Assembly (NCBI GenBank): GCA_040770465.1
Contig: JAXGJB010000001.1
Coordinates: 32,001 to 96,000, forward strand
Length of the DNA stretch: 64,000 bases
Direction of reading: 5' to 3'
Origin: Methanothrix sp.
GTDB taxonomy: Archaea > Halobacteriota > Methanosarcinia > Methanotrichales > Methanotrichaceae
Of this stretch, positions 1 through 9,765 are shown one piece after another; position 1 is the stretch's first letter, and each line of letters begins with the position of its first letter. A program made the position numbers and the translations under genes. The notes beneath the pieces were generated by a model that saw only the letters and a list, made by a program, of their open reading frames with translations, was not told where the DNA came from and ran no database searches.

Positions 1-284
1 CAGCTCCGACCAATATAACCGCCGCTCCCCGTATATCTCTGGACTGCGGTGACTCCTCCATGACCTGTTATGATCCTGGAGTCTTTCATACCAAGATCAT
101 TGAAGCTCGCTGAAGCTTTTCCGCTTACTTCGACACTGTCATCAACCTGGTAGGAGTCCCAGATGCTGACGGAGTTTCCTCCACCATCGCTCGCTGAAAA
201 GCATATATCAATAGCATTGGCACTATGGGCCATGAGAATGAACGCTATTAACGCTATTAATACTAATCCAGATTTATACTTCAT
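1..284 (-). CDS. Secreted hypothetical protein, N-terminal part (runs off the window edge; absent from the ORF track)
   Basis: Manual translation from ATG at 284: MKYKSGLVLIALIAFILMAHSANA-IDICFSASDGGGNSVSIWDS..., a signal peptide with an ANA cleavage site. GAGAGGA RBS at 297-291; frame open to the edge. Confidence 0.75.
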   Translation of the reverse strand, partial: MKYKSGLVLIALIAFILMAHSANAIDICFSASDGGGNSVSIWDSYQVDDSVEVSGKASASFNDLGMKDSRIITGHGGVTAVQRYTGSGGYIGRS

Positions 285-355
285 TGATCATCCTCTCATA
301 TCTGAAGTTTGTTGGAGAATGATCATTAATAAATCTTTTGGATATCGGCTAAACA

Positions 356-460
356 TGTAGAGTCCTGACACTTATCTCGCACCCCATCTAAGCCTGGAAT
401 CATATTCCGGGATATGAAACTGAACAAGACGAAGATTCGTTGGATCATTCGTCAGAACCG
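356..460 (+). mobile_element. Remnant of the left end of an IS481-family (ISA0963-like) insertion sequence
   Basis: ATG at 414 reads MKLNKTKIRWIIRQNR, resembling the N-terminus of archaeal IS481/ISA0963 transposases; similarity is lost after ~16 codons. A TGT-starting putative terminus lies at 356. Confidence 0.55.
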
Positions 461-637
461 CAATGAGGCAGCGATCTCGGTAGCAAGTCCGGTGAGATTG
501 GCTTGGTCAAAGAGGCTATAGTAAGTCAATCTTGATATCTGATCAGATCTAGGTAATGCGCGATTTGTGTGAAAAATGGTGAGATTATGTAGCTTAAGCT
601 CCTTAGCCGATGACCGATGGAATCTCTTGGAAAAATA

Positions 638-670
638 CGATATTAGACCGATATTAGACCGATTTTAGCC
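638..670. repeat. 11-bp tandem repeat CGATATTAGAC x2 plus a degenerate third copy
   Basis: Directly visible. Confidence 0.8.
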
Positions 671-775
671 AGAGTTAAGCATCTATATCTTCTATTTTTA
701 TTTTATATTTACTGTGGCGACAAAATAAAGAAAAAGCTAGCAAGCCAATAATTCAAGGGGATCGGACGAGAGCCT

Positions 776-913
776 CTAAACTTTTCGCCTCAATTCGCGT
801 AAGGCGAGATTCCGCTCTCGGGCTTACATTTTGGCCACCATCCTTAGAGAGTGCACGCCACGTCTTTCCGTCCAGCATCTCGCAGACGACGACGGCCGGG
901 GCGACCTTTGCGA
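776..913 (-). pseudogene. ribB: C-terminal fragment of archaeal 3,4-dihydroxy-2-butanone-4-phosphate synthase
   Basis: Minus strand reads VAKVAPAVVVCEMLDGKTWRALSKD and, after a frameshift, AKM*ARERNLA. This matches the RibB CEM motif and tail, and lies directly downstream of ribK. Confidence 0.65.
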
Positions 914-975
914 CCCGCCACCGGTCCTCCTTCGGTCCTCCTTCGGTTCATTCGCCCTTCTGTCATCCGTTCCCG

Positions 976-1473
976 TCATTCCAACGCCGCCTCCACCTCG
1001 TAGCCGTCCGATAGGCCCAGGGCCTCCCGCAGGTTGACGGGCGCGATCAGCTCCAGAAGGGTCGCAGGGTAGCTCGTCCGCTCGGGCCTGATTATGGCCC
1101 CCCGTATCCCGCAGATTCTGACGGGGCGGCAGATGCAGGCGCCGAAGGCTCTCCCCTCGGCAATGAAGCCCTCGATCCTGATCGAATCGGGGTCGGAGTC
1201 GTCGAGGGCGAAGGGCTCGTCCAACAGCAGGTTCAAGGTTCCTGGGAAGGGGAGAAAGCCGAGCTTCTCGGAGAACTGGCTCGAGTAGCCCTTCATGGAC
1301 GTGTAGTTCCGACCCTCTCCAAGGCCAGACGCGACCTTGCCGGTGATCCTCGCCGACTTTGGATCCTCGAAGGTCTGCTGGCAGTCTACCGGCTCAGCAT
1401 CCTGCCTCATAACCCCATCCTCAGCGATCCTCGCCCTCTTTCCCTCGTTGGAGACCAAAAAACCCCTCCTCAA
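976..1473 (-). CDS. ribK: CTP-dependent riboflavin kinase (DUF120); start uncertain
   Basis: Motifs GKVASGLGEG, LGFLPFPGTLN and ELIAPVNLREAL. Confidence 0.9.
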   Translation of the reverse strand: MRRGFLVSNEGKRARIAEDGVMRQDAEPVDCQQTFEDPKSARITGKVASGLGEGRNYTSMKGYSSQFSEKLGFLPFPGTLNLLLDEPFALDDSDPDSIRIEGFIAEGRAFGACICRPVRICGIRGAIIRPERTSYPATLLELIAPVNLREALGLSDGYEVEAALE

Positions 1474-1778
1474 ATTTTAGATGATGGCCTGATAGTGCGG
1501 GAGTTTATATAACGTTTCTTGCCTCGAAGCAAGGCCTTGGAGGAGCCAGAATCGACATGGAATGAAGAAAATTAAGCTTATGAGAGATGGAATCAAAACT
1601 TCAGTCCTCTGGCATTGAGCAGCCCAGCGGAAGAGCTACGAGGGTTCGACATCTGAAGCTGTGAAATATATACAGAAACTATGATCGTTCTAGGCCAAGC
1701 CCGATCATGTCTGGACTCCCGGAGCATAGAAACATTTTTCGTGGATGGTGACAGTATCTTTCCCGAGAGGGTGAGGAG

Positions 1779-3887
1779 ATGAGACTGATTTTATGCGTGA
1801 TGGCGCTGGCGATGCTGGTGATGCCCGCATGTGGGCAGGAGACAGCAGAGGAGTGGGTGGAAGAAGGCATTGCTCTTGGGAAGGGGGGCAATTACACCGA
1901 GGCTATCCAGGCGTTTGACGAAGCCATCAGGCTCGACCCGGCGAATGCTGAGGCCTGGTTTGGCAAAGGCACCGCTCTTGGATCTCAAGGCAATTACACC
2001 GAGGCCATCCAGTGCTATGATGAAGCCATACGCCTAGATCCTGAATATGCCGAAGCCTGGTATAACAAAGGCCTGTCTCTCTATTATCAGGGCAATCACA
2101 CCGAGGCGATCCAGGCCTTTGATGAAGCTATCAGGCTCAATCCTAAGGATGCCGAGGCGTGGAATGGCAAAGGCCTTGCTCTCGATGGTCTGGGCAACTA
2201 CACCAAGGCGATTCAGACATACGATGAAGCTATCAGGCTCGATCCTGAATATGCCGAGGCCTGGAATAACAAAGGCGTGGCTCTCTATAATCAAGACAAG
2301 TACGAAGAAGCGATCCGGGCCTATGACGAAGCCATCAGGCTCGATCCGGAATGTGCCGAGGCCTGGAATAACAAAGGCAATGCTCTCAGTAAGCAGGGTA
2401 ACCACACTGAGGTCATCCAGTGCTATGATGAAGCCATACGCCTAGATCCTGAATATGCCGAAGCCTGGTATAACAAAGGCCTGTCTCTCTATTATCAGGG
2501 CAATCACACCGAGGCGATCCAGGCCTTTGATGAAGCTATCAGGCTCAATCCTAAGGATGCCGAGGCGTGGAATGGCAAAGGCCTTGCTCTCGATGATCTA
2601 GGCAAGTACGACGAGGCTATCCAGGCTTACGACGAAGCCATCAGGCTCGATCCTGAGTTTGCCATGGCCTGGAATAACAAAGGCGTGGCTCTCTATAATC
2701 AAGACAAGTACGAAGAAGCGATCCGGGCCTATGACGAAGCAATTCGTCTCGATCCTGAGTTTGCATGGCCCTGGAATAATAAAGGCACAGCTCTAGGAAT
2801 GATGGGTAAGTACGACGAGGCGATCCAGGCCTTTGATGAAGCTATCAGGCTCAATCCTAAGGATGCCGAGGCGTGGAATGGCAAAGGCCTTGCTCTCGAT
2901 GATCTAGGCAAGTATGACGAGGCTATCCAGGCTTACGACGAAGCCATCAGGCTCGATCCTGAGTTTGCCATGGCCTGGAATAACAAAGGCGTGGCTCTCT
3001 ACAACCAGGGCAATTACACCGAGGCCATCCAGTGCTATGACGAGGCCATCCGTCTCGATCCTGAATATGCCCTAGCCTGGAATAACAAAGGCCTTGCTCT
3101 TGGATCTCAAGGCAATTACAGCGATGCTATCCAGGCGTTTGACGAAGCCATCCGTCTCGATCCCGAGGATGCCATGGCCTGGTATGGCAAAGGCGAGGCT
3201 CTCGATGACCTAGGCAATTACACCGAGGCCATCCAGTGCTATGATGAAGCCATCCGTCTCGATCCTGAGTTTGCATGGTCCTGGAATAACAAAGGCTGGG
3301 CTCTCTACAACCAGGGCAATTACACCGAGGCCATCCAGTGCTATGACGAGGCCATCCGTCTCGATCCCGAGGATGCCATGCCCTGGTACGGCAAAGGCAT
3401 TGCTCTCGATGACCTAGGCAATTACACCGAGGCCATCCAGTGCTATGATGAAGCCATCCGTCTCGATCCTGAGTTTGCATGGTACTGGAATAACAAAGGC
3501 TGGGCTCTCTACAACCAGGGCAATTACACCGAGGCCATCCAGTGCTATGACGAGGCCATCCGTCTCGATCCCGAGGATGCCATGGCCTGGAATAACAAAG
3601 GCTTGGCTCTCTACAACCAGGGCAACTACACCGAGGCGATCCACTGCTATGACGAAGCCATCCGTCTCGATCCTGAGTTTGCATGGCCCTGGAATAACAA
3701 AGGCCTTGCTCTTGGATCTCAAGGCAATTACAGCGATGCTATCCAGGCGTTTGACGAAGCCATCCGTCTCGATCCCGAAGATGCCATGGCCTGGTATAGC
3801 AAAGGCCTTGCTCTCGAATATCTTGGCAAGACATCCGAGGCAAACGAAGCTTACACCAAGGCTGAAGAACTTGGATTCGCGGTATAA
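1779..3887 (+). CDS. Secreted tetratricopeptide-repeat protein (~20 x 34-aa repeats)
   Basis: N-terminal signal peptide; repeated WxNKGxAL...EAIxxYDEAIRLDP; GGTGAGGAG RBS. Confidence 0.93.
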   Translation: MRLILCVMALAMLVMPACGQETAEEWVEEGIALGKGGNYTEAIQAFDEAIRLDPANAEAWFGKGTALGSQGNYTEAIQCYDEAIRLDPEYAEAWYNKGLSLYYQGNHTEAIQAFDEAIRLNPKDAEAWNGKGLALDGLGNYTKAIQTYDEAIRLDPEYAEAWNNKGVALYNQDKYEEAIRAYDEAIRLDPECAEAWNNKGNALSKQGNHTEVIQCYDEAIRLDPEYAEAWYNKGLSLYYQGNHTEAIQAFDEAIRLNPKDAEAWNGKGLALDDLGKYDEAIQAYDEAIRLDPEFAMAWNNKGVALYNQDKYEEAIRAYDEAIRLDPEFAWPWNNKGTALGMMGKYDEAIQAFDEAIRLNPKDAEAWNGKGLALDDLGKYDEAIQAYDEAIRLDPEFAMAWNNKGVALYNQGNYTEAIQCYDEAIRLDPEYALAWNNKGLALGSQGNYSDAIQAFDEAIRLDPEDAMAWYGKGEALDDLGNYTEAIQCYDEAIRLDPEFAWSWNNKGWALYNQGNYTEAIQCYDEAIRLDPEDAMPWYGKGIALDDLGNYTEAIQCYDEAIRLDPEFAWYWNNKGWALYNQGNYTEAIQCYDEAIRLDPEDAMAWNNKGLALYNQGNYTEAIHCYDEAIRLDPEFAWPWNNKGLALGSQGNYSDAIQAFDEAIRLDPEDAMAWYSKGLALEYLGKTSEANEAYTKAEELGFAV

Positions 3888-3902
3888 AGGATGTATACAG
3901 CC

Positions 3903-3929
3903 AGGTGCGGGGGTGAGTTCCCCCACACC
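3903..3929. terminator. Hairpin GGTG(C)GGGGG...CCCCC(A)CACC after the TPR gene, between convergent genes
   Basis: Inverted repeat just downstream of the stop codon; function inferred. Confidence 0.35.
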
Positions 3930-4092
3930 AAAGGTTACCGGTATCTGCCGCAGAAGAATCTGGCAAACGACGAGGTGGGGGCTGGCAGATAGATGAAGCG
4001 AATCGGATTTCGCGTATGGGGGGGCTCTGGGCCTTCGCGGCCAGCCCGGCGAAAAAAATTGATGGTTTTTAGGAGCACTCTTCCGCGGCTCT

Positions 4093-5313
4093 TCAGGCGT
4101 ACTGCCCGAAGGCCACCTCTGAGACCTCTTTCGTCGTCTCGGAGTGAGATCCGGCGATCTTGACCCGAGCCTGCTCGAAGTCCCGGTGGAAGACGACGTC
4201 CCTCTCTTCGCGGATCGCGAACATCCCAGCCTCCGTCGCCAGGGCCTTCAGGTCTGCGCCGCTGGCGCCCTCGGCGGCGTCGGCGATCTGCTTCAGGTTC
4301 ACGTCGGGATGGAGGTTCATGCATCCCGTATGAATCGACAGAATCGAATACCTGCTCTCCCTGTTCGGAAGCGGGACGTATATCAGCCGGTCGAACCGCC
4401 CTGGCCGCAGGAGGGCGGGATCGAGCATGTCGAGCCTGTTGGTGGCGGCGATCAGCTTCACCTCGCCCCGGGGGTCGAAGCCGTCCATCTCCGCCAGAAG
4501 CTGCATCAGAGTCCTCTGAACCTCGCGGTCGCCGCTTGTCGCCCCGTCCATCCTCCGAGACCCGATGGCGTCCAGCTCGTCGACGAATATGATCGCTGGC
4601 GCCTTGTTCTGGGCGAGCTCGAATAGCTCCCTCACCATCCTCGCCCCCTCGCCGATGTACTTCTGGACGAGCTCGCTTCCCACCACCCTTAGGAACGTCG
4701 CCTCGGTGCTGCAGGCGACGGCCTTCGCGAGGAGGGTCTTTCCCGTCCCTGGAGGCCCGTAGAGGAGGACCCCCTTCGGCGGCTCGATGCCGACCTTGAC
4801 GAAGAGGTCGGGCCTCTTCATCGGCAGCTCCACGATCTCCCTGATCTCCGAGATCTGGTCGTCAAGCCCCCCGATCATGCCGAATTCGACGTCGGGAGCG
4901 TCCTCGATCTCCATCCCGAAGACGGCGGGGTCGTGGGAAGATGGGAGGACGAACATCACCGAGAAGGACTGCTGGTTGAGGGCGACCCTGGTTCCGGGCC
5001 GCAGATCGCCCTCGATGAACTGGGATACGTTGACGACGAACCTCGGCCCTGTGCTGCTCTTGACCACCACCCGATTGTCGTCGAGGACGTCCTGGATGGT
5101 GCCCACTATCAGGGGACCGGTCCTGAGCCGCTCAAGCTCGCTCCGAAGCTTTCTCACCTCGCGTTCGAACTTGAGCTTCTGGTTCTCCATGACCCGCCTT
5201 TCACCCTCGGCCCGATCCTTCTGCTCTCGAAGGGCGAGGTTTCTCTCTTCGAGCTGTCGCATCCTGTCCATCAGGTAGCGCGAAAAATCAGCGCCGACTC
5301 GCGATTCGTCCAT
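4093..5313 (-). CDS. pan: Proteasome-activating nucleotidase (AAA+)
   Basis: N-terminal coiled coil, OB region, [24 protein letters not shown]-terminal QYA (HbYX-like). Confidence 0.97.
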   Translation of the reverse strand: MDESRVGADFSRYLMDRMRQLEERNLALREQKDRAEGERRVMENQKLKFEREVRKLRSELERLRTGPLIVGTIQDVLDDNRVVVKSSTGPRFVVNVSQFIEGDLRPGTRVALNQQSFSVMFVLPSSHDPAVFGMEIEDAPDVEFGMIGGLDDQISEIREIVELPMKRPDLFVKVGIEPPKGVLLYGPPGTGKTLLAKAVACSTEATFLRVVGSELVQKYIGEGARMVRELFELAQNKAPAIIFVDELDAIGSRRMDGATSGDREVQRTLMQLLAEMDGFDPRGEVKLIAATNRLDMLDPALLRPGRFDRLIYVPLPNRESRYSILSIHTGCMNLHPDVNLKQIADAAEGASGADLKALATEAGMFAIREERDVVFHRDFEQARVKIAGSHSETTKEVSEVAFGQYA

Positions 5314-5372
5314 GGGATCTCCAAAGCGTATTTAACGTTGACTGATATTAAACTTTTCCGAGTTGAGCGAAT

Positions 5373-5858
5373 ATGCAGTGTGAGATATGCGGTGCAGAGC
5401 TCTCCGGCAAGCCAAGAAAAGTGGTGATCGACGGATCTGAACTGCAGGTCTGCAACAACTGCGCCCGGTTTGGCGAGGTCGCAGACAAGTTTTCACCAGT
5501 GCCGAGGAAGGTCATTCCCCAGGAGCGGGCCTTCAGGGCGCCGCCGAGGCCCCGGCCCCGTCGCGACGAGTTCAGGGAGATGCCGGAGATCGTCCCCGAA
5601 TACGGCAGGATCGTCAAAGAGGCCCGGGAGGCGATGGACCTCACCCCCGAGGAGCTGGGGGTGAAGATAAAGGAGAAGGCCTCCCTCATCAGGAAGATTG
5701 AACGGCACGAGATCGTCCCCGAGGACTCGGTGAGGATCAAGCTCGAGCGGGAGCTGAACGTCAAGCTCACCGATAAACTGAGCGACGAGGAATGGAAATC
5801 GGGGAGAGGCGGCAGGGGCCTGACCCTCGGCGACATCGCCTCCATCAAGAAGAGATGA
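5373..5858 (+). CDS. mbf1: Archaeal multiprotein bridging factor aMBF1 (Zn ribbon + HTH)
   Basis: MQCEICG...VCxxC, Cro-type HTH, C-terminal TLGD motif. Confidence 0.93.
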   Translation: MQCEICGAELSGKPRKVVIDGSELQVCNNCARFGEVADKFSPVPRKVIPQERAFRAPPRPRPRRDEFREMPEIVPEYGRIVKEAREAMDLTPEELGVKIKEKASLIRKIERHEIVPEDSVRIKLERELNVKLTDKLSDEEWKSGRGGRGLTLGDIASIKKR

Positions 5859-6439
5859 CGCCAAAAACCGCGGCCGAGGCGGCGAAGGTCCTGGCAGCTG
5901 GAGGGACGGTCGTCTACCCGACGGAGACCGTCTACGGGATCGGGGCCTCGGCGTTCATCCCCGAGGCGGTGGAGCGGGTCTTCGAGATCAAAGGCAGAAG
6001 CCGCGAGATGCCCCTCTCGGTGGCCGTCGCGAGCTTTGAGATGATCGGGCTCGTAGCCTCTGTCGGCGAAGAGGAGATTCGCCTTCTTCGGAAGGTGCTT
6101 CCCGGACCGGTGACGGTCCTCGTCAAAAAGAGCCCGGACCTCCCCGACCTCGTAACGGCGGGGTCGCCTCTTGTGGGGATCAGGTTTCCGGATCACCCCA
6201 TGGCCCTGGAGCTGATCGGGATGGCCGGTCCCATCACCTCGACCTCCGCGAACCTGTCGGGACGGCCGCCGCCGGCGAGCATTGATGAGCTGGACCCGAA
6301 GATCGCCGGCATGGTCGACCTCGTCCTAGACGGGGGACGATCCCGGTTCGCTAGCCCCTCGACCCTCATCGACCTGGGCGGAAGAAAGGTGATCAGGGAG
6401 GGGGCGGGAATCGACAGTGTTCGGGAGGTTTTAGGATGA
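5855..6439 (+). CDS. tsaC: L-threonylcarbamoyladenylate synthase (Sua5/TsaC, single domain)
   Basis: YPTETVYGIG, KGR, PGPVT, STSANLSG; ATGA overlap with the mbf1 stop places the start at 5855. Confidence 0.92.
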   Translation: MTPKTAAEAAKVLAAGGTVVYPTETVYGIGASAFIPEAVERVFEIKGRSREMPLSVAVASFEMIGLVASVGEEEIRLLRKVLPGPVTVLVKKSPDLPDLVTAGSPLVGIRFPDHPMALELIGMAGPITSTSANLSGRPPPASIDELDPKIAGMVDLVLDGGRSRFASPSTLIDLGGRKVIREGAGIDSVREVLG

Positions 6440-7374
6440 ACACCAGGATCAGAGACTTCTTTCAGACCGTCGACGGCTGGATATTTGCCGTCGTCGACTA
6501 CCACCACCCCCAGGGGATCAGATCGATGCTCCGCTACGTCCCCGACCCGAAAGGAGAGCGGGTGGCCGATGGCGTCCGATATCGAAAGCTCGACTTCGAG
6601 GCGGCCTACGATTTTCTCCGAAAAGAGAGGCCCGACTACGTCCAGGACGTCCACGTCGTCCCCGAGGAGGACGTTCTCCGGCTCTTCAAGCCCGAGAGGG
6701 AGCTTCCAAAGGTCGCGGATAAGGACGAGAGGGTAGCAAAGATCGTCTCGGCCCTGAAAGAAGGGGGGATTTCCCAGGAGAGCATGGGGATCACGGGCTC
6801 GATCCTGGTGGGGCTTGACGGGCCCGGCTCTGACATAGACTTTCTCGTCTACGGGAGAGACTGGTGGCGGGCAAGAGACGTCATAGCCTCGGCCAAAAAC
6901 GAAGGCGGCCCCATCCGCGAGCTGGACGAGGCCACATGGGATAAGATATACAAAAAGAGGGTCCCGGAGATCAGCCGCGACGAGTTCGTCCTCCACGAGA
7001 GGAGGAAAGGAAACCGGGGGCTTGTGGACGGGACCTACTTCGACCTCCTCTTCACCAGGGACTGGGACCAGATCAGGCCGCCTTTCCCTCCAGGAAAGAA
7101 GGCGGGACGACGAAAGATCGATGCCATCGTCCTCGACGCGGAGTTCGCCTTCGACAACCCCGCCGTCTTCGAGATCGACCACCCCGAGATCCCCGAGATC
7201 CTCTGCTACACTCACACCTACGCGGGCCAGGCCCTGCCGGGGGAGAGGATCGAGGCCTGCGGCGTCGTCGAGGAGACGGAGGAGGGGCCAAGGCTCGTGG
7301 TGGGAACATCGAGAGAGGCAAAGGGAGAGTGGATCCGATCTCTGACCCTTCTGGAGAGGGGCTCTCGAAAATAG
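6436..7374 (+). CDS. Pol-beta-fold nucleotidyltransferase domain protein (COG1665-like)
   Basis: GITGSILVG...SDIDFLVYG motif; ATGA overlap with tsaC. Confidence 0.8.
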   Translation: MNTRIRDFFQTVDGWIFAVVDYHHPQGIRSMLRYVPDPKGERVADGVRYRKLDFEAAYDFLRKERPDYVQDVHVVPEEDVLRLFKPERELPKVADKDERVAKIVSALKEGGISQESMGITGSILVGLDGPGSDIDFLVYGRDWWRARDVIASAKNEGGPIRELDEATWDKIYKKRVPEISRDEFVLHERRKGNRGLVDGTYFDLLFTRDWDQIRPPFPPGKKAGRRKIDAIVLDAEFAFDNPAVFEIDHPEIPEILCYTHTYAGQALPGERIEACGVVEETEEGPRLVVGTSREAKGEWIRSLTLLERGSRK

Positions 7375-8132
7375 TCGAAGGGCTGAAGCGGGCCTGGAGG
7401 ATCGAGGCCGACGTGGCGGTCGAGATCTCAGAAGAGCCCTTCGTCCTCGGAAGGACGGTCCACCAAGGTGACGGCTACATAATATACCTCTCAGAGCCCG
7501 AGCCCTACCCCCTCCTCCACGAGTTCTACCACGTCCTCTTCGAGGAGAAGGTGATGAAGCGGCACATCGGCTCGGCTTGCGAGTTCTGCTCGAAGATCAC
7601 CCTTGAGATGATGAACGTCCTCGTCGATCTCTCGATAGAGAGGATAATCCTCAAAACCGGACCCGAGATCTTTCCAGCCTACTTCGCGACGATCCGAGAT
7701 AACCTGGACAGAATCGGAAGGTGCGGCGTCCTCCCCTTCGACCCCGCTAGGACCACAGCCTACAACCTCTACATCGAGACGGCGATAAGAGAGCTCTACC
7801 CGGATCTGAGGGAGGGCTACGACTTCTGGGAGAGGATCGAACTATCCGACGAGATGAGACGAGGCGTCGAATCGACCCTGAAGATCGCGGGCGAGTTCGT
7901 GCGGGAGAAGCCCTCGACGTGGCGGGATATCTCCAGCACCGCTGTGGACCTATCCTGGCCGATCTTCGGGGCGGACGTCATGGTCATCGAGTCGAGAGAG
8001 GAGTTTCGGATAGTCTGCAGCACCGACCACATCGAGGCGAAAAGAAAGGTCTCGGAGATGATAGACCGGCTCAAGGACCTATCCCGGGACTGGAGCAGAA
8101 AGGGCGACACCGCAGGATCGAGAAAGAGATAA
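7329..8132 (+). CDS. Hypothetical protein with HExxH motif (possible zincin); true start probably ATA at 7371
   Basis: LLHEFYH followed by NVLVDLSIE; codon usage like that of its neighbours. Confidence 0.65.
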   Translation: MDPISDPSGEGLSKIVEGLKRAWRIEADVAVEISEEPFVLGRTVHQGDGYIIYLSEPEPYPLLHEFYHVLFEEKVMKRHIGSACEFCSKITLEMMNVLVDLSIERIILKTGPEIFPAYFATIRDNLDRIGRCGVLPFDPARTTAYNLYIETAIRELYPDLREGYDFWERIELSDEMRRGVESTLKIAGEFVREKPSTWRDISSTAVDLSWPIFGADVMVIESREEFRIVCSTDHIEAKRKVSEMIDRLKDLSRDWSRKGDTAGSRKR

Positions 8133-8229
8133 CCCGCGCAGGACGGAGAATTAGTTAAGGCCTGAGATCAGATATACGAACGTTCGATGGCCGCAGGGCA
8201 TCTTATCAAAAAGCTAAAAGAGGTTCGAC

Positions 8230-9765
8230 ATGTTATTCGAGGTCAATCCCTTCGACATAGAGATCGGGCAGTACAAGGTGATGCTGAACCTGGCCGACGC
8301 AAGAGAGCTGGGCATGAACGCCGGGGATCGGGTGCGGGTGAAGGCGAAAGGGGCCTCGTTCACCGCGATCCTGGACGTCACCACCCAGATGGTGGAGCCC
8401 GGAAAGGTCGGGATCTTCACCGAGGCCCACCAGAAGGTGGGGGAGGCGAAGGAGGTGGACGTCGCCCCGGCGGCAAAACCCCTATCTATCAGCTACATCA
8501 AGAGGATCATGGACGAGGAGAAGCTCACCGAGGACCAGATCAGGACCATCGTCCAGGACATCGTCGACAACAATCTGAGCGACGTCGAGATCTCCGCCTA
8601 CCTCACCACCCTCTACATAAGAAACTTCGACTCTCAGGAGACGGAGTGGCTGACGAGGGCTATGATCGACACCGGCGAGCGGATCCACTTCGACACCCAC
8701 CCCGTGGTGGACAAGCATTCCATCGGAGGAGTTCCCGGAAACAAGGTATCCCTTCTGGTGGTGCCGATCGTGGCGGCGGCGGGGCTTCTCATCCCCAAGA
8801 CCAGCTCAAGGGCCATCACAGGCGCCGGGGGGACCTCCGACCTGATGGAGATTCTCGCCCCCGTAGAGTTCTCCGCCAGCGAGATAAAGGAGATCGCGGA
8901 GAGCGTGGGCGGGATCCTCGCCTGGGGCGGCGCGACGAACATCGCGCCAGCCGACGACAAGCTGATCAGGGCGGAGTACGCCCTCACCATCGACCCCTAC
9001 AGCCAGATGCTGGCATCGATCATGGCCAAGAAGGGGGCGGTCGGCGCAGACTCGGTGGTGATGGACATGCCCGTGGGCCCCGGAACGAAGCTCGCGACGG
9101 TCGACGACGGCAGGTCCATGGCCAAAGACCTCATCGACCTCGGCGACCGGCTCGGGATCAGGGTCGAGTGCGCCATGACCTTCGGCGGCTCGCCGGTGGG
9201 AAGGACGGTGGGGCCTGCCCTGGAGGTGAAGGAGGCCCTCACAATGCTTGAGAGCGGCCAGGGTCCCAACAGCCTCAGGGAGAAGAGCCTCTCTCTCGCC
9301 GGGGTCCTGCTGGAGATCGGATGCACCGCCGGGATGGGTTGCGTCGCCGCCCGGGGGGAGGGGAAGGCGATGGCCGAACGGATCCTCACCAGCGGCAAGG
9401 CCCACCAGAAGATGATGGAGATCATCGAGGCTCAGGGAGGCGACCCCACCGTCAAGAGCGAAGATATCGAGATCGGAGAGTATGTCCAGGATATCCTCGC
9501 CCCGACGACCGGCTACGTCATCTCCTTCGACAACAAGAGGATCGTCGAGATCGCGAGGAGCGCCGGGGCTCCCGCCGACAAGAAGGCCGGGGTCCGGATC
9601 CACAAGAAGATGGGTGAGGTCGTCAAGAAGGGCGAACCGCTCTTCACCATATACTCGAGCAAAGACTGGGAGGTCCAGAGGGCCGCCAACGACGCCCTGC
9701 GGGACATGCCCATCGTCGTCGAGGGGATGCTCCTGGAGAGGTATCCGAGGTACTCCCAGATCTAG
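8230..9765 (+). CDS. deoA: AMP phosphorylase (thymidine phosphorylase family, archaeal AMP pathway)
   Basis: DKHSIGGVPGNK, KTSSRAITGAGGT, ASIMAKK; extra N-terminal domain typical of AMPpase. Confidence 0.95.
   Translation: MLFEVNPFDIEIGQYKVMLNLADARELGMNAGDRVRVKAKGASFTAILDVTTQMVEPGKVGIFTEAHQKVGEAKEVDVAPAAKPLSISYIKRIMDEEKLTEDQIRTIVQDIVDNNLSDVEISAYLTTLYIRNFDSQETEWLTRAMIDTGERIHFDTHPVVDKHSIGGVPGNKVSLLVVPIVAAAGLLIPKTSSRAITGAGGTSDLMEILAPVEFSASEIKEIAESVGGILAWGGATNIAPADDKLIRAEYALTIDPYSQMLASIMAKKGAVGADSVVMDMPVGPGTKLATVDDGRSMAKDLIDLGDRLGIRVECAMTFGGSPVGRTVGPALEVKEALTMLESGQGPNSLREKSLSLAGVLLEIGCTAGMGCVAARGEGKAMAERILTSGKAHQKMMEIIEAQGGDPTVKSEDIEIGEYVQDILAPTTGYVISFDNKRIVEIARSAGAPADKKAGVRIHKKMGEVVKKGEPLFTIYSSKDWEVQRAANDALRDMPIVVEGMLLERYPRYSQI

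Noticed and set aside
1779-3887. Diversity-generating retroelement target
   Set aside because: No reverse transcriptase or non-coding template repeat in the window, and the differences are not obviously adenine-specific.
6436-7374. CBASS cyclase or MNT antitoxin
   Set aside because: No adjacent effector or HEPN gene; host-like composition and coupling to tsaC fit the conserved archaeal COG1665-like family.
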